DNA from: Candidatus Tenderia sp.
GTDB taxonomy: Bacteria; Pseudomonadota; Gammaproteobacteria; Tenderiales; Tenderiaceae
Assembly: GCA_031416075.1 (NCBI GenBank)
Contig: JANOSY010000093.1
Span: 1 to 51,664 of the forward strand
Reading direction: 5' to 3'
Length of the DNA stretch: 51,664 bases
The position numbers were made by a program, and so were the translations under genes. How positions within the stretch are numbered: position 1 is the stretch's first letter; every line of letters starts with the position of its first letter. Under the pieces are notes generated by a model. The model had not been told where the DNA came from and did no database searches. It saw only the letters and a program-made list of their open reading frames with translations. Shown one piece after another: positions 30,995-44,072 of the stretch.

Positions 30995-33900
30995 ATGACC
31001 GAAGACCAACTCGAACAGGAGACACTGGGCTGGCTGGCCGATGTGGGCTATACGGTACAGTACGGCCCTGATATTGCGCCCGACAGGGTGACTGGCGAGA
31101 TCAGAGAGGTTGCCATCAGTTATGGCAACAGCCAAACGCGCAGTGACTACCGCCAGGTGGTGCTGCTGGAACGGCTGCGGGCGGCGGTCAATAAGCTCAA
31201 CCCCACCATCCCTGTTGCCGCCCGTGAAGATGCGATCAAGCAGGTGGTTGATCTGGGCACTCCTGTGCTGCTCTGCGCCAACCGCCGCTTCCACCAGCTG
31301 CTGGTGACGGGTGTGCCGGTGCAGTATCAGAGGGAGAGCGAGACCCGCGGTGACTTTGTGCGGCTGGTGGATTGGGCAGAACCTGCCAAAAACGAGTGGC
31401 TGGCGATCAACCAGTTTTCCATCAAAGGCCCGCGCCATACCCGCCGCCCGGACATTATCCTGTTCGTGAACGGCCTGCCGCTGGTACTGCTGGAGCTGAA
31501 GAACCCCGCCGACAAAAACGCCGACATCTGGAAGGCGTTTGACCAGATTCAGACCTACAAGGCGCAGATCCCCGACCTGTTCCAGTACAACGAACTGCTG
31601 GTGATATCCGATGGCAGCGAGGCACGCCTGGGCGGTCTATCGAGCAGTGCCGAGCGCTTCATGCAGTGGCGCACCATTGATGGCGTGGCGCTGGACCCGC
31701 TGGGACAGTTCAACGAACTGGAGACGCTGGTGCGCGGGCTGCTGGCCCCGGCCACTCTGCTGGACTATCTGCGTTTCTTCGTGCTGTTCGAGGATGACGG
31801 CACGCTGGTGAAGAAGATTGCCGGCTATCACCAGTTTCACGCGGTGCGGGCGGCCATCACGCAGGTGGTGGCGGCCTCGCGCCCCGGCGGCAGCCACAAG
31901 GGCGGCGTGGTCTGGCATACCCAGGGCAGCGGCAAGAGCATCACCATGACCTGCTTTGCTGCACGGGTGATGCAGGAAGCGGCGCTGGAGAACCCGACCA
32001 TCGTGGTGATCACGGACCGCAACGATCTGGACGGGCAGCTGTTCGGGGTCTTCTCCCTGGCGCAGGATCTGCTGCGTGAACAGCCGGTGCAGGTGGAGAC
32101 GCGCCAGGATCTACGCGCCAAGCTCGGCAATCGCCCCTCGGGCGGCATCGTCTTTGCCACCATCCAGAAGTTTATGCCCGGCGCGAATGAAGATACCTTC
32201 CCGCTGCTCTCTGAGCGCCACAACATCGTGGTGATTGCCGATGAGGCGCACAGAACACAGTACGGCTTCGAGGCGACCCTGAAGGGCAAGCCCGGTCAGG
32301 AGAAGTATCAGGTCGGATATGCGCAGCATCTGCGCGATGCGCTGCCCAACGCCACCTTTGTCGCCTTCACCGGCACGCCGGTCTCGTCGGAAGACCGCGA
32401 CACCCGCGCCGTCTTTGGCAACTACATCCACATCTACGACATGCAGCAGGCCAAGGAGGATGGCGCCACCGTTGCCATCTACTTTGAATCCCGGCTGGCC
32501 AAGCTGGCGCTCAATCCCGAAGAGCTGCCGCTGATCGATGCTGAGGTCGATGAGCTGGCCGAGGATGAGGAAGAGAGCCAGCAGGCCAGACTGAAGAGCC
32601 GTTGGGCGGCGCTGGAAAAGGTGGTGGGGGCCGCGCCGCGCATCACCCGTGTGGCCGCCGATCTGGTCGCCCACTTCGAGGAGCGCAACAAGGCACAGAG
32701 CGGCAAGGCGATGGTGGTCGCCATGAGCCGCGAGATCTGCGTCCACCTCTACGATGAGATCATCAAGCTGCGCCCGGAGTGGCACGACGCCGATCCGGAA
32801 AAGGGGGCGATCAAGATCGTGATGACCGGCTCGGCCAGTGACAAGGCGCTGCTGCGCCCGCACATCTACAGCGGCCAGATCAAGAAGCGGTTGGAGAAGC
32901 GGTTCAAAGACCCCGCCGACCCGCTGCGGCTGGTGATCGTGCGTGACATGTGGCTGACCGGCTTCGACGCCCCCTGCGTCCATACGCTCTACGTCGACAA
33001 GCCGATGAAGGGGCACAACCTGATGCAGGCCATCGCCCGCGTCAACCGTGTCTTCAAGGATAAACAGGGCGGGCTGGTGGTGGACTACATCGGCATCGCC
33101 AACGAGCTGCGCAGCGCACTGAAGGAGTACACCAACAGCCAGGGGCGCGGCCGCCCCACCGTGGACGCCGCCGAAGCCTATGCCGTGCTGGCGGAGAAGC
33201 TCGACATACTGCGTGGCATGTTGCATGGCTACGACTACAGCGACTTCCTCACCACCGGCCACAAACGGTTGGCCGGTGCTGCCAACCATGTGCTGGGCGA
33301 GAAGGATGGCAAGAAGCGTTTTGCCGACACCGCACTGGCGATGAGCAAGGCCTTCACGCTCTGCTGCACGCTCGATGAAGCCAAGGCGGTGCGCGAGGAG
33401 GTGGCCTTCTTCCAGGCCGTGAAAATAATCCTGACCAAGCGTGACATCAGCCAGCAGAAGCGCACGGATGAGGAGCGTGAACTGGCGATCCGCCAGATCA
33501 TCAACTCCGCCGTGGTCTCGGAAGAGGTGGTCGATATTTTCGATGCCGTGGGGCTGGATAAACCCAACATCGGCATCCTCGACGATGCCTTCCTCGCTGA
33601 GGTGCGCAACCTGCCCGAACGTAATCTGGCGGTGGAGCTGCTGGAGCGGTTGCTGGAAGGGGAGATCAAGAGCCGCTTTGCGGGCAATGTGGTGCAGGGG
33701 AGAAAATTCTCCGATCTGCTCAGCAACGTCATCAAGCGCTATCAGAACCGCGCCATCGAAACGGCCCAGGTGATCGAAGAGCTGATCGAGATGGCCAGGA
33801 ACTTCCGTGCCGTTGCCGAGCGCGGCGAAGCGCTGGGCCTGACAGATGACGAGATCCGTTTCTACGATGCACTGGCAGATAACGAATCCGCCGTGCGTGA

Positions 33901-34120
33901 ACTGAACGACGAAACCCTGAAAAAGATCGCCCATGAACTGACCGAAAACCTGCGCCAGAACCTGAGCGTAGACTGGTCAGAGCGCGAAAGCGTCCGCGCC
34001 AAGCTGCGACTGATGGTCAAGCGCATCCTGCGCAAGTACAAGTACCCGCCCGACCAGCAGGAAGCAGCGGTGGAGCTGGTGTTGCAGCAGGCACAGGCGT
34101 TGGGGGAGGCGTGGTTTTAG
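30995..34120 (+). CDS. hsdR: Type I RM restriction subunit HsdR
   Basis: Nuclease RPD...ELK and Q...Y motifs, Walker [13 protein letters not shown] box, FTGTP, MWLTGFD and QAIARVNR. Confidence 0.96.
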   Translation: MTEDQLEQETLGWLADVGYTVQYGPDIAPDRVTGEIREVAISYGNSQTRSDYRQVVLLERLRAAVNKLNPTIPVAAREDAIKQVVDLGTPVLLCANRRFHQLLVTGVPVQYQRESETRGDFVRLVDWAEPAKNEWLAINQFSIKGPRHTRRPDIILFVNGLPLVLLELKNPADKNADIWKAFDQIQTYKAQIPDLFQYNELLVISDGSEARLGGLSSSAERFMQWRTIDGVALDPLGQFNELETLVRGLLAPATLLDYLRFFVLFEDDGTLVKKIAGYHQFHAVRAAITQVVAASRPGGSHKGGVVWHTQGSGKSITMTCFAARVMQEAALENPTIVVITDRNDLDGQLFGVFSLAQDLLREQPVQVETRQDLRAKLGNRPSGGIVFATIQKFMPGANEDTFPLLSERHNIVVIADEAHRTQYGFEATLKGKPGQEKYQVGYAQHLRDALPNATFVAFTGTPVSSEDRDTRAVFGNYIHIYDMQQAKEDGATVAIYFESRLAKLALNPEELPLIDAEVDELAEDEEESQQARLKSRWAALEKVVGAAPRITRVAADLVAHFEERNKAQSGKAMVVAMSREICVHLYDEIIKLRPEWHDADPEKGAIKIVMTGSASDKALLRPHIYSGQIKKRLEKRFKDPADPLRLVIVRDMWLTGFDAPCVHTLYVDKPMKGHNLMQAIARVNRVFKDKQGGLVVDYIGIANELRSALKEYTNSQGRGRPTVDAAEAYAVLAEKLDILRGMLHGYDYSDFLTTGHKRLAGAANHVLGEKDGKKRFADTALAMSKAFTLCCTLDEAKAVREEVAFFQAVKIILTKRDISQQKRTDEERELAIRQIINSAVVSEEVVDIFDAVGLDKPNIGILDDAFLAEVRNLPERNLAVELLERLLEGEIKSRFAGNVVQGRKFSDLLSNVIKRYQNRAIETAQVIEELIEMARNFRAVAERGEALGLTDDEIRFYDALADNESAVRELNDETLKKIAHELTENLRQNLSVDWSERESVRAKLRLMVKRILRKYKYPPDQQEAAVELVLQQAQALGEAWF

Positions 34121-34195
34121 GGGGAACCCCCTATTACCCCGCACAACAACGCCCTGACTAAAGCCCATTATTCGCTGCGCCGATACCCTTTTTAG

Positions 34196-34224
34196 TTGCG
34201 GCAGAAAATATAAACATCTATTAT
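34196..34224 (+). promoter_or_regulatory. Putative sigma-70 promoter of the TA operon
   Basis: TTGCGG-17 bp-TATTAT, 30 bp before the antitoxin ATG. Confidence 0.45.
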
Positions 34225-34254
34225 TGCTGTAGACACTCTTTGGAGCGTGTAACC

Positions 34255-34641
34255 ATGTATAGAAACAGCGCGATTAATATCGATGTAACTCACCAGCGCC
34301 AGCGGGTTTTAACAGAGGCGGTCATCAATGCCGCCGAGATCATGGGGCTGAATCAGGCCCTGCTGGCACAAACGATTGGTGTCAGCGGCTCCTCTGTCTC
34401 ACGCATGAAGACGGGGGATTATCTGCTCAAAGAGAAGAGCAAGGAGTGGGAGCTGGCCGCACTCCTGGTCCGGCTCTTCCGCAGTCTGGATGCCATTGTG
34501 GCGGGGGATGAGCGCTCGCTGCGGTCATGGCTTAAAGGCTACAACACCGCACTCAAAGAGATACCGCTGAACATCATTACCACCGTTTCAGGACTGGCAA
34601 AAACTGTTGATTATGTGGACGCCTACCGCGCTCGCGTCTGA
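34255..34641 (+). CDS. Xre/MbcA/ParS-type antitoxin
   Basis: HTH (LAQTIGVSGSSVSR) plus C-terminal WL...N..L...P...GL..V.YVDA; GGAG RBS before ATG 34255; overlaps the RES gene. Confidence 0.88.
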   Translation: MYRNSAINIDVTHQRQRVLTEAVINAAEIMGLNQALLAQTIGVSGSSVSRMKTGDYLLKEKSKEWELAALLVRLFRSLDAIVAGDERSLRSWLKGYNTALKEIPLNIITTVSGLAKTVDYVDAYRARV

Positions 34642-35344
34642 GGTTCGCCGCCGCGTGGGGGCGGCATGGCGGGTGGTCGAGGGGCAACATACCGTCTCAA
34701 CACGCAAACTTGTGGCCACCCAAGATGATCAGGCGCTGCTGGAGGATATTCTGGAGGCGACAAAACCACCGGTGCCCCAGGAGGCAGCAGGGCTCCACTA
34801 CCTGTTACACACCCCCTTCCGCTACGATGCCCCCTATCCGATTGGCTCACGTTTTCGCCGTGCCGGCTCCACTGAAGGTGTCTTTTACGCCTCTGAGCAG
34901 ATCCGCACTGCCCTGGCCGAGTATTGCAACTACCGAATCCGGTTTTTCAACGAGTCTCCCGCCACCATTTTGCCCTGCAATCAGGAGTGTTTGTCACTCT
35001 TTTCAGTGGATTACAGCTCTACCCGGACGGTGGATCTCACCCAGCCACCGTTTTTAAATGACAGGCAGCGCTGGACCCATGCCACGGATTACCTGCCCAC
35101 ACAGGCGTTTGCTGATACGGCCCGGCAGGCCGGTGTTGAGATAATCCGCTATGAGTCGGTGAGAGATATTGAACCCGGGATTAATATTGCCCTGCTCTCC
35201 CCCGCTGCGTTTGCATCAAAGCAGCCCAAAACGGTGCAGACCTGGTTTCTCTATCTGTCAGAGGCCGAGGCTAACTGCAAACGTGCCAATGCCAATAACC
35301 ACAACGAGCAGTGGACATTTAAACAGACGCAGTTTGCGGTTTAA
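34613..35344 (+). CDS. RES-domain toxin (putative NAD+ phosphorylase)
   Basis: GSRFR...GVFYAS....ALAE...Y.SVR RES signature; paired with the antitoxin. Confidence 0.88.
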   Translation: MWTPTALASEVRRRVGAAWRVVEGQHTVSTRKLVATQDDQALLEDILEATKPPVPQEAAGLHYLLHTPFRYDAPYPIGSRFRRAGSTEGVFYASEQIRTALAEYCNYRIRFFNESPATILPCNQECLSLFSVDYSSTRTVDLTQPPFLNDRQRWTHATDYLPTQAFADTARQAGVEIIRYESVRDIEPGINIALLSPAAFASKQPKTVQTWFLYLSEAEANCKRANANNHNEQWTFKQTQFAV

Positions 35345-35371
35345 GGGCGGGGACGATCAACGTCACGAGGA

Positions 35372-35418
35372 GCGGGAGCTGGCGTGGTTGATTGAGCAAT
35401 CCACCACGCCACTCCCGC
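35372..35418. terminator. Long GC-rich hairpin between convergent RES and gatB genes
   Basis: GCGGGAGCTGGCGTGGTTGATTG-AG-CAATCCACCACGCCACTCCCGC; no U-tract. Confidence 0.4.
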
Positions 35419-35430
35419 CATCCAGCTCCG

Positions 35431-36861
<1,431 letters not shown>

Positions 36862-36922
36862 ATCTGTTACCTCATCCAATTATTTTTAACGTGGCACCAA
36901 GCGCCACAGCGAGTGCAACCGC

Positions 36923-38377
36923 CTATTTAAACCCATCAGGCAGACGGCTGTGCCAGTCGCTCACCTGTTGATACTGATGGGCCACATTGAGCAGCCGCGC
37001 CTCATCAAAGTAGTTGCCGATCAACTGCAGGCCAACGGGACGATTACCAACAAAACCCGCCGGGATCGACATGCCGGGCAGCCCGGCCAGATTGGCGGCG
37101 ATGGTGTAGATATCAGAAAGGTACATGGTGACCGGGTCACTGCTCTTTTCGCCAAGATTAAAGGCGACCGTTGGCGCGGTGGGGCCCATGATCACATCCA
37201 CCTGTTCAAAGGCGCGCTTGAAATCATTGCTGATAAGCTGGCGCGCCTTCTGCGCCTTGAGATAATAAGCGTCGTAGTAGCCGGCGGAGAGTACGTAGGT
37301 GCCGATCATGATGCGGCGTTTGACCTCCGGGCCAAACCCTTCGCCACGGGAGCGTTTGTAGAGATCCATCAGATCCTTGGGATCTTCACAGCGGTAACCA
37401 AACCGCACCCCGTCAAAACGTGACAGGTTGGAGGAGCACTCGGCCGGGGCCACCACGTAGTAGACCGGTACCGCCAGATGGGTATTGGGCAGGCTGATAT
37501 CGATCACCTCCGCCCCCAGCTTTTTGTATTCGGCAATCGCCGCTTCAACCACGCGTGCGACATCCGCATCCAGCCCGTCGCCAAAATACTCCTTGGGCAG
37601 ACCGATCTTCAGCCCGGCAAGGGAGTTGTTGAGACCCGCACGATAATCAGCCGCAGGCCGCTCAACACTGGTGGAGTCGCGTTCATCAAAGCCCGCCATG
37701 GCACCCAGCATGATGGCGCAATCTTCGGCGCTCTGCGCCATCGGCCCGGCCTGGTCGAGGCTGGAGGCAAAGGCGATCATGCCGTAGCGCGATACCAGAC
37801 CATAGGTAGGTTTGAGGCCGGTGATGCCGCAGAGCGCGGCGGGCTGGCGGATCGAACCGCCGGTATCAGTGCCGGTGGATGCCGCCGCAAGGCGCGCCGC
37901 CACCACCGCCGCCGAACCGCCGGAGGAGCCACCGGGCACGGCGTTGAGATCCCATGGGTTGCGCACCGGGCCGTAGTAGCTGGTCTCGTTGGAGGAGCCC
38001 ATGGCAAATTCATCCATGTTGGTCTTGCCCAGCATCACCACACCGGCATCCTTAAAACGGCTCACCACGGTGGCATCGTAGGGGGCGACAAAGTTGTCGA
38101 GCATCTTCGAACCACAGCTGGTACGGACACCGTCGGTGCAGAAGATATCCTTGTGGGCTATGGGGATACCGGTGAGTGGTCCGGCAGTACCGGCCTTGAT
38201 GCGGGCATCCGCCGCTCTGGCCGCCACCAGCGCCTGCTCTGCCGTTACCGTGACGTAGGCGTTGACCTGACCATCGAGCTTTTCGATGCGCTCAAGATAG
38301 GCGGTGGTCAGCTCTACGCTGGAAAATTCGCCCTGTTGCAGGCCTTGCGCCAATTGCGCGACTGTTTTTGTATGCAT
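36923..38377 (-). CDS. gatA: Asp/Glu-tRNA amidotransferase subunit A
   Basis: Amidase signature GGSSGGSAA and [10 protein letters not shown]. Confidence 0.97.
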   Translation of the reverse strand: MHTKTVAQLAQGLQQGEFSSVELTTAYLERIEKLDGQVNAYVTVTAEQALVAARAADARIKAGTAGPLTGIPIAHKDIFCTDGVRTSCGSKMLDNFVAPYDATVVSRFKDAGVVMLGKTNMDEFAMGSSNETSYYGPVRNPWDLNAVPGGSSGGSAAVVAARLAAASTGTDTGGSIRQPAALCGITGLKPTYGLVSRYGMIAFASSLDQAGPMAQSAEDCAIMLGAMAGFDERDSTSVERPAADYRAGLNNSLAGLKIGLPKEYFGDGLDADVARVVEAAIAEYKKLGAEVIDISLPNTHLAVPVYYVVAPAECSSNLSRFDGVRFGYRCEDPKDLMDLYKRSRGEGFGPEVKRRIMIGTYVLSAGYYDAYYLKAQKARQLISNDFKRAFEQVDVIMGPTAPTVAFNLGEKSSDPVTMYLSDIYTIAANLAGLPGMSIPAGFVGNRPVGLQLIGNYFDEARLLNVAHQYQQVSDWHSRLPDGFK

Positions 38378-38428
38378 TTGAGACTCTTTAAAAGTATTCG
38401 TTAAATCGGTACGGGGCTACCCAGCCAC

Positions 38429-38716
38429 TCAATCAAGCACTTTGGGGACCAGATAGAGTCCGTCGGCCACTTTGGGGGCGATCTGTTGAAAATGGTCACG
38501 CTGATTGGACTCTGTCACCTCATCGGCACGCAGCCGCTGCACCGCGTCAAAGGGATGGGCCATCGGTTTAACACCGTCGGTATCTACCGCCTCCAGCTGC
38601 GCTACCAAGCCAAAAATATTGGAGAGGTTGCGGGCATATTCGGGGATATCATTATCAGCCACATCCAGCCGTGCCAGATGGGCAATTCTCTCCACATCAC
38701 TGCGCTCAAGGCTCAT
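38429..38716 (-). CDS. gatC: Asp/Glu-tRNA amidotransferase subunit C
   Basis: IAHLARL, PMAHP, LRAD and YLVPKV motifs. Confidence 0.96.
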   Translation of the reverse strand: MSLERSDVERIAHLARLDVADNDIPEYARNLSNIFGLVAQLEAVDTDGVKPMAHPFDAVQRLRADEVTESNQRDHFQQIAPKVADGLYLVPKVLD

Positions 38717-38947
38717 TTTTCAGACTCCAGACATTAATATAGTGGGCAAGGGTGGCAAAGTTACCATAATTCCCCCCTCCTGCTCACCACTGATCTGCAT
38801 CTGTTTGGGGGAGTCACACCACTCCAAGCGCTGCTGGCGGCGGTGAAATGGGGCAAATACCCTTTTGACTTATCAGGTAAAATGGCCGCACATGTTACTC
38901 TGCTTTTACCGTGAGTCACTGACAACCGCTCCCCCGAGGTTAACGTC

Positions 38948-39724
38948 ATGAATCAACGTTTTACCCTGCACTTCTCCCACCTGCCGATTGTGCAACGGCT
39001 GCTCTATACCGGCGCGATTGGTGTGCTCAGCTTTGGCTACCTGTTTGCAATGATCTACATCTTTGAGTCGCACCACAACCGAGACGGCAAACCGGGGCTG
39101 TCGGTGCAGGACATCGTCATCGCCTACAGCGGCAGCAAAACCGGCACCAAGCTGGAGGCGGCGCTTAAGGGGCCGATGTCGGGCATGTTGCCCGCCGAGG
39201 AGAACGTGAGGATCATCGCCTGGCTGCACGAAGGGGCGAAGCAGGAGCCGTATGAGTCTGATCTGAAAAACATTTTTAATGACCGTTGCATCACCTGTCA
39301 CAACAGCCGTAACCCGCACCTCCCCTCGCTGGAGAGTTACGATGGGATCAAAAAAATGGCGGCCGAGGATACCGGGGCCGACATATTCACCCTGGTGCGG
39401 GTCTCCCACATCCATCTGTTTGGCCTGACCTTTATCTTTTTTGTGGTCAGCATGGTCTTCATTCACGCCTACATGCGCCATGAGTGGCTTAAGATCACGC
39501 TGATTGTGATCCCGTTTGTATCGATCATTTTTGACATCCTCTCCTGGTACCTCACCAAGATCTACCAGCCCTTTGCCTGGGTCGTGGTGGGCAGTGGCGC
39601 ACTGATGGGGCTGAGTTTTGCCGCCCAAGTGCTGATCTCCCTCTACCAGATGTGGTTTTACAAACTGCCGGACGAGGTGCAGCAGCAGTTCTACTGCGCT
39701 ATGCCCCAACGCAACCCCCGGTGA
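38948..39724 (+). CDS. Membrane protein with one periplasmic CXXCH heme site
   Basis: N-terminal TM, CITCH, then three TM helices with SHIHLFG; stop overlaps the next gene's GTG. Confidence 0.8.
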   Translation: MNQRFTLHFSHLPIVQRLLYTGAIGVLSFGYLFAMIYIFESHHNRDGKPGLSVQDIVIAYSGSKTGTKLEAALKGPMSGMLPAEENVRIIAWLHEGAKQEPYESDLKNIFNDRCITCHNSRNPHLPSLESYDGIKKMAAEDTGADIFTLVRVSHIHLFGLTFIFFVVSMVFIHAYMRHEWLKITLIVIPFVSIIFDILSWYLTKIYQPFAWVVVGSGALMGLSFAAQVLISLYQMWFYKLPDEVQQQFYCAMPQRNPR

Positions 39725-41448
39725 TACCTGTGATACCGGTTCGGCGCGGTGTCTGGGCATGGATCGTAACGCTACTGCTAATCAGCGGCTGTGACACCGC
39801 CCCCATACCCAGCCACTCAACAAACCCGCCCGTCAGCGGCAAGGCCCGTGTTGGCGACCCCGTCGCAGGCAAGGTGCTGGCTGAACGGTGCGCCACCTGC
39901 CACGGCCTGGAGGGGGCGGACGCCCGCAGCGGTGCCCCCTTTATTGCCGGGCTGGAGCAGGAGTATCTAGTCCGTTCACTGCTTGCCTACCAGGTAGGTG
40001 CACGCCAGGATCTGGCCATGCAGGCGGTGGCCAGCGCCCTCAATCCGCTTCAGCTTGCCGACGTCACCGCCTGGTACGCCACCCTTGAGACCCCCTGGCG
40101 CGGCGCGGTGGCCGACGACAAATCCAAAGCTGTGCTCAAGGACAAACAGGCACGGGCCGCCGCCCGAACACTTGCCGCCGTCTGTGACTCCTGCCACGAC
40201 CGCGCACCGCTCTACCGCCAGCAGCAGGCGATCCCGACACTGGCGGGCATGCCGCTGGAGTATTTTGTGCCGAGCCTGAAGAGTTACCTCAACGGCAAAC
40301 GCCACGACCCGATCATGGAGCAGTTTCATCTCTCACTGAGTGACCGGGATATCTACAATTTGGGTGTCTGGTATGCCCATCAAACCCCCGTTAAGGCGCC
40401 ACCGCCCAGCCAGGGCAACGCCACGGCGGGCAAAACGGCCGCGCGCCACTGCGCCGGTTGCCACGGTTATGATGGCAACAGCCTGAACCCAAACGTGCCC
40501 AACCTTGCGGGCCAGAGCGCCGACTATCTGCGTAAGGCGCTGACACAATATCGTGACGGCCAACGCAACAGCCCCCTGATGAAAGGGCCCGTCAAAAACC
40601 TCAGCAATACCACCATTACCAATCTTGCCGCCTACTACGCCCAGCAGCAGCCGGAGTCGCCGCTGCACAAAACCGTCGACCAGCCCCAGGCATTCAACCC
40701 GCTGGCCGACGGCAAACGTATCGCAACCAACTGCGACAGCTGCCACGGCGCTAACCGCAACGCTGTTGTGCCCGCGCTCACCGGACTGAGTGTTCCCTAT
40801 CTGGTGAGTGCAACACTCGCCTACCAGACCGGCGAACGCCAACACGCCACCATGCAGCAGATGGTCGCCTACCTGAGTGATACCGACATCGAAAAGGTCG
40901 CCTACCACTACGCCCTGCAGCCACTCACCCCACCCCCTCCGACCAGCGCTGGCGATACCCGTACGGGTGAGGCACTGAGCAGCGCCTGCACCCTCTGCCA
41001 CGGCGAACGGGGCATCAGCCCGACGTCCGAGACCACCCCCAGCCTGGCCGGGCAGAGCGCCGCCTATCTGGTCAGCGCCGTTCATGCCTACGGTAACGGC
41101 AAGCGGGCAAATGAGGCCATGGCCAAAGTAGCCGCTGAAACCGACACGGCCACGTTGCAGCAGATTGCCCACTATTTTGCTGCACAGGCACCACAGCAGG
41201 TGCAGACCTGGCTGCCGGAAGAGGCAGAGATAATCGTGGAAAAAAGGTGCAGCCGCTGCCACGGTGACGGCGGTATCAGCACCACCCCCGGTGTGCCACG
41301 GCTGGCGGGGCAGAGCGAACCTTATATAGTGGTCGCCATGAAGCAGTATCAGCAGGGGATACGCAAAGATACCGAGATGGAGGCGATGGCCTACGGCCTG
41401 AGCCTGATTGAGATGAAAGCAATTGCTGCCTATTACGCCAGACAGTAA
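39721..41448 (+). CDS. Hexaheme c4/c553-type cytochrome lipoprotein
   Basis: Lipobox LISGC; six CXXCH (CATCH, CDSCH, CAGCH, CDSCH, CTLCH, CSRCH), each followed by P.L.G and a distal Met. Confidence 0.88.
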   Translation: MIPVIPVRRGVWAWIVTLLLISGCDTAPIPSHSTNPPVSGKARVGDPVAGKVLAERCATCHGLEGADARSGAPFIAGLEQEYLVRSLLAYQVGARQDLAMQAVASALNPLQLADVTAWYATLETPWRGAVADDKSKAVLKDKQARAAARTLAAVCDSCHDRAPLYRQQQAIPTLAGMPLEYFVPSLKSYLNGKRHDPIMEQFHLSLSDRDIYNLGVWYAHQTPVKAPPPSQGNATAGKTAARHCAGCHGYDGNSLNPNVPNLAGQSADYLRKALTQYRDGQRNSPLMKGPVKNLSNTTITNLAAYYAQQQPESPLHKTVDQPQAFNPLADGKRIATNCDSCHGANRNAVVPALTGLSVPYLVSATLAYQTGERQHATMQQMVAYLSDTDIEKVAYHYALQPLTPPPPTSAGDTRTGEALSSACTLCHGERGISPTSETTPSLAGQSAAYLVSAVHAYGNGKRANEAMAKVAAETDTATLQQIAHYFAAQAPQQVQTWLPEEAEIIVEKRCSRCHGDGGISTTPGVPRLAGQSEPYIVVAMKQYQQGIRKDTEMEAMAYGLSLIEMKAIAAYYARQ

Positions 41449-41549
41449 CCAGACAGTCCCCATGACTCGGGGCACAATTTGCCCTACACTGCCAATCCGT
41501 GCGTTACATTGCACCAGCCAGACGACTTTCGACACCAAAGCGAACAACC

Positions 41550-42653
41550 ATGGCCTATTTCACCAAAAACTACCACCCGCCCGGCACTTCGCCCGGCACC
41601 CTCACGGCACGCGAGGGCGATGCCACGTCGCTCCACTTTCATCTGATAGACTACAGCGATGGCCACTTCACCGAATTACAGCTCGACAGCGCCGCCGCCT
41701 GCAAAGAGTATCTGACCCACGAGGCGACCACCTGGATCCATATTCCGGGACAGGTGCAACCAGAGCTGCTGCGCGAGCTGGGGACGCTGTTTGGTCTGCA
41801 CCCGCTGGCGCTGGAGGATGTGCTCAACACTGGCCAACGCCCCAAGATCGACGAGTATGATGAACAGCTCTTCATCACCCTGGCGGTGCCGATAGGCAAC
41901 GCCGACAACATCGAGATCGAGCAGCTCTCACTGTTCCTCGGCAGCAACTATCTCATCAGTTTCTATCCCGGCAGCGATACACTGCTGGAGCCGATCCGCA
42001 AACGGCTGCGCAACCATGGCGACCGGCTCCAGACCCAGAAGGCCGACTACCTGCTCTACACCGTGCTAGATCTGGTGGTCGACATGGGGTTTCCACTGCT
42101 GGAAGAGTTTGGCGACGCCATCGAGACCCTCGAAGATACACTGCTTGAATCCCCCAGCCGCAGCACCCTGGGGCAGATTCACACCATCCGCCGCGAGCTG
42201 CTGCAACTGCGACGCATGATCTGGCCACAGCGCGAGGTGATCAACCGCCTGCTGCATGATGACCACCCGCTGATCCAACCCAGCAGCCACATCTATCTGC
42301 GCGACTGTTACGACCACAACATCCAGATCATGGACCTGCTGGAGAACTACCGCGACATGGCCAGCAGCATGCTCGATGTCTACCTCTCCTCCGTCAGCAA
42401 TCGCCTCAACGACACCATGCGGGTGCTGACACTCATCGCCACCATCTTCATGCCGCTCACCTTTGTTGCCGGTGTCTACGGCATGAACTTTGGCAACAAC
42501 AGCGCCCATAGCCCTTGGGCCATGCCCGAACTCAGCTGGTACTACGGCTACCCGATGGCGTGGGGCATCATGATCAGCATCGCCATCGTCATGCTCATCT
42601 TCTTCAAACGCAAAGGCTGGTTACAGCGCAACAGTGACATCAATGACAGATAG
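41550..42653 (+). CDS. corA: Magnesium/cobalt transporter CorA
   Basis: [12 protein letters not shown] and GVYGMNF motifs with two C-terminal TM helices. Confidence 0.95.
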   Translation: MAYFTKNYHPPGTSPGTLTAREGDATSLHFHLIDYSDGHFTELQLDSAAACKEYLTHEATTWIHIPGQVQPELLRELGTLFGLHPLALEDVLNTGQRPKIDEYDEQLFITLAVPIGNADNIEIEQLSLFLGSNYLISFYPGSDTLLEPIRKRLRNHGDRLQTQKADYLLYTVLDLVVDMGFPLLEEFGDAIETLEDTLLESPSRSTLGQIHTIRRELLQLRRMIWPQREVINRLLHDDHPLIQPSSHIYLRDCYDHNIQIMDLLENYRDMASSMLDVYLSSVSNRLNDTMRVLTLIATIFMPLTFVAGVYGMNFGNNSAHSPWAMPELSWYYGYPMAWGIMISIAIVMLIFFKRKGWLQRNSDINDR

Positions 42654-43113
42654 TCTGATTACCGTCGGTTGGCGTGAATGGCTGGCACTCCCGGAGTTGA
42701 GTCTCCCTTGGATTAAAGCCAAGGTAGACAGTGGTGCCCGCACCTCTGCCCTGCACGCCTTTTTCATCGAACCTTACAATGACAACGGTATCGCCATGGT
42801 CCGGTTTGGCATTCACCCACGACAGCGCCGCCGGGACAGTGAGGTGATCTGCCACGCGCCGGTTGTAGACGAGCGCAATGTTACCGACTCTGGCGGCCAC
42901 AAAGAGCGCCGCTATGTCATTACTACCCTGCTCGCTGCAAGCAGTGAGACCTGGCCCATTGAGCTGACACTTACCAACCGCGATACCATGCGGTTTCGCA
43001 TGTTGCTGGGGCGCACTGCCATGCAGACACGTATGCAGATCGACCCCGGGGCCGCCTACCTGCTGGGCAAACCTAGCCGTGAGCAGCTCCGCAACCCCAT
43101 CATCACACCATAA
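42643..43113 (+). CDS. RimK-associated putative aspartic/zinc protease (RimB-like)
   Basis: [19 protein letters not shown] and MRFRMLLGR motifs; upstream of rimK. Confidence 0.88.
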   Translation: MTDSLITVGWREWLALPELSLPWIKAKVDSGARTSALHAFFIEPYNDNGIAMVRFGIHPRQRRRDSEVICHAPVVDERNVTDSGGHKERRYVITTLLAASSETWPIELTLTNRDTMRFRMLLGRTAMQTRMQIDPGAAYLLGKPSREQLRNPIITP

Positions 43114-43166
43114 TTACACAAGACTATGCTGGCTTCAGCCAACAGCCACACTATAAGGGAATATCT

Positions 43167-44072
43167 ATGAAAATCGGCGTCTTATCCTGCAACCCCAATC
43201 TCTACTCCACCCACCGGTTAGTTGAGGCAGGGACTCAGCGTGGCCACGAGATGCACGTCATCAATACCCTGCGCTGCTACATGAATCTTGCTGCCGATAA
43301 ACCGAGCATTCACTACAAAGGGGCCGATCTGGTGGGATACGACGCCATCATCCCGCGCATCGGGGCCTCTATCACCTTCTATGGTACCGCCGTGGTACGC
43401 CAGTTTGAGATGATGGGGGTCTACTCCATCAATGAGTCGGTGGCCATCAGCCGGTCCCGTGACAAACTGCGCTCCCTGCAACTGCTGTCACGCAAAGGGG
43501 TGGGTATGCCCATCACCAGTTTTGCCCACTCCCCTGATGATGTGGAGGATCTGATCAAGATGGTCGGTGGCGCACCGCTGGTGATCAAACTATTGGAAGG
43601 CACACAAGGGATTGGCGTAGTGCTGGCCGAGACCAAAAAGGCCGCCGAGAGTGTCATCGAGGCCTTTATGGGGCTGAAGGCCAATATTCTGGTACAAGAG
43701 TTCATCAAAGAGGCGGGCGGTGCCGACATCCGCTGTCTGGTTGTTGGTGGCAAGGTGGTCGCCGCCATGGAACGTCGTGCTCAGGAAGGGGAGTTCCGCT
43801 CCAATCTGCATCGTGGCGGCAGCGCTACCCTCATCAAGATCTCCCCCAAAGAGCGCTCCATGGCGATTCGCGCCGCCACCACCCTAGGCCTGAATGTTGC
43901 CGGTGTTGACCTGCTGCGCTCCAGCCGTGGTCCACTGATCATGGAGGTTAACTCCTCACCCGGCCTTGAGGGGATTGAGGCCGCCACCAGCAAAAACATC
44001 GCCAGCATCATTATTGAACTCATCGAAAACAACGCCAAACCGCACAAGACACGCACCAAGGGCAAAGGTTAA
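43167..44072 (+). CDS. rimK: Ribosomal protein S6 glutamate ligase RimK
   Basis: ATP-grasp motifs [27 protein letters not shown] and [10 protein letters not shown]. Confidence 0.96.
   Translation: MKIGVLSCNPNLYSTHRLVEAGTQRGHEMHVINTLRCYMNLAADKPSIHYKGADLVGYDAIIPRIGASITFYGTAVVRQFEMMGVYSINESVAISRSRDKLRSLQLLSRKGVGMPITSFAHSPDDVEDLIKMVGGAPLVIKLLEGTQGIGVVLAETKKAAESVIEAFMGLKANILVQEFIKEAGGADIRCLVVGGKVVAAMERRAQEGEFRSNLHRGGSATLIKISPKERSMAIRAATTLGLNVAGVDLLRSSRGPLIMEVNSSPGLEGIEAATSKNIASIIIELIENNAKPHKTRTKGKG

Noticed and set aside
32111-33934. 607-aa antisense ORF and similar long shadow ORFs (13628-14650, 20704-21648, 40333-41547)
   Set aside because: They lie opposite well-supported genes with strong GC3 bias, which suppresses antisense stops, and show no recognisable motifs.
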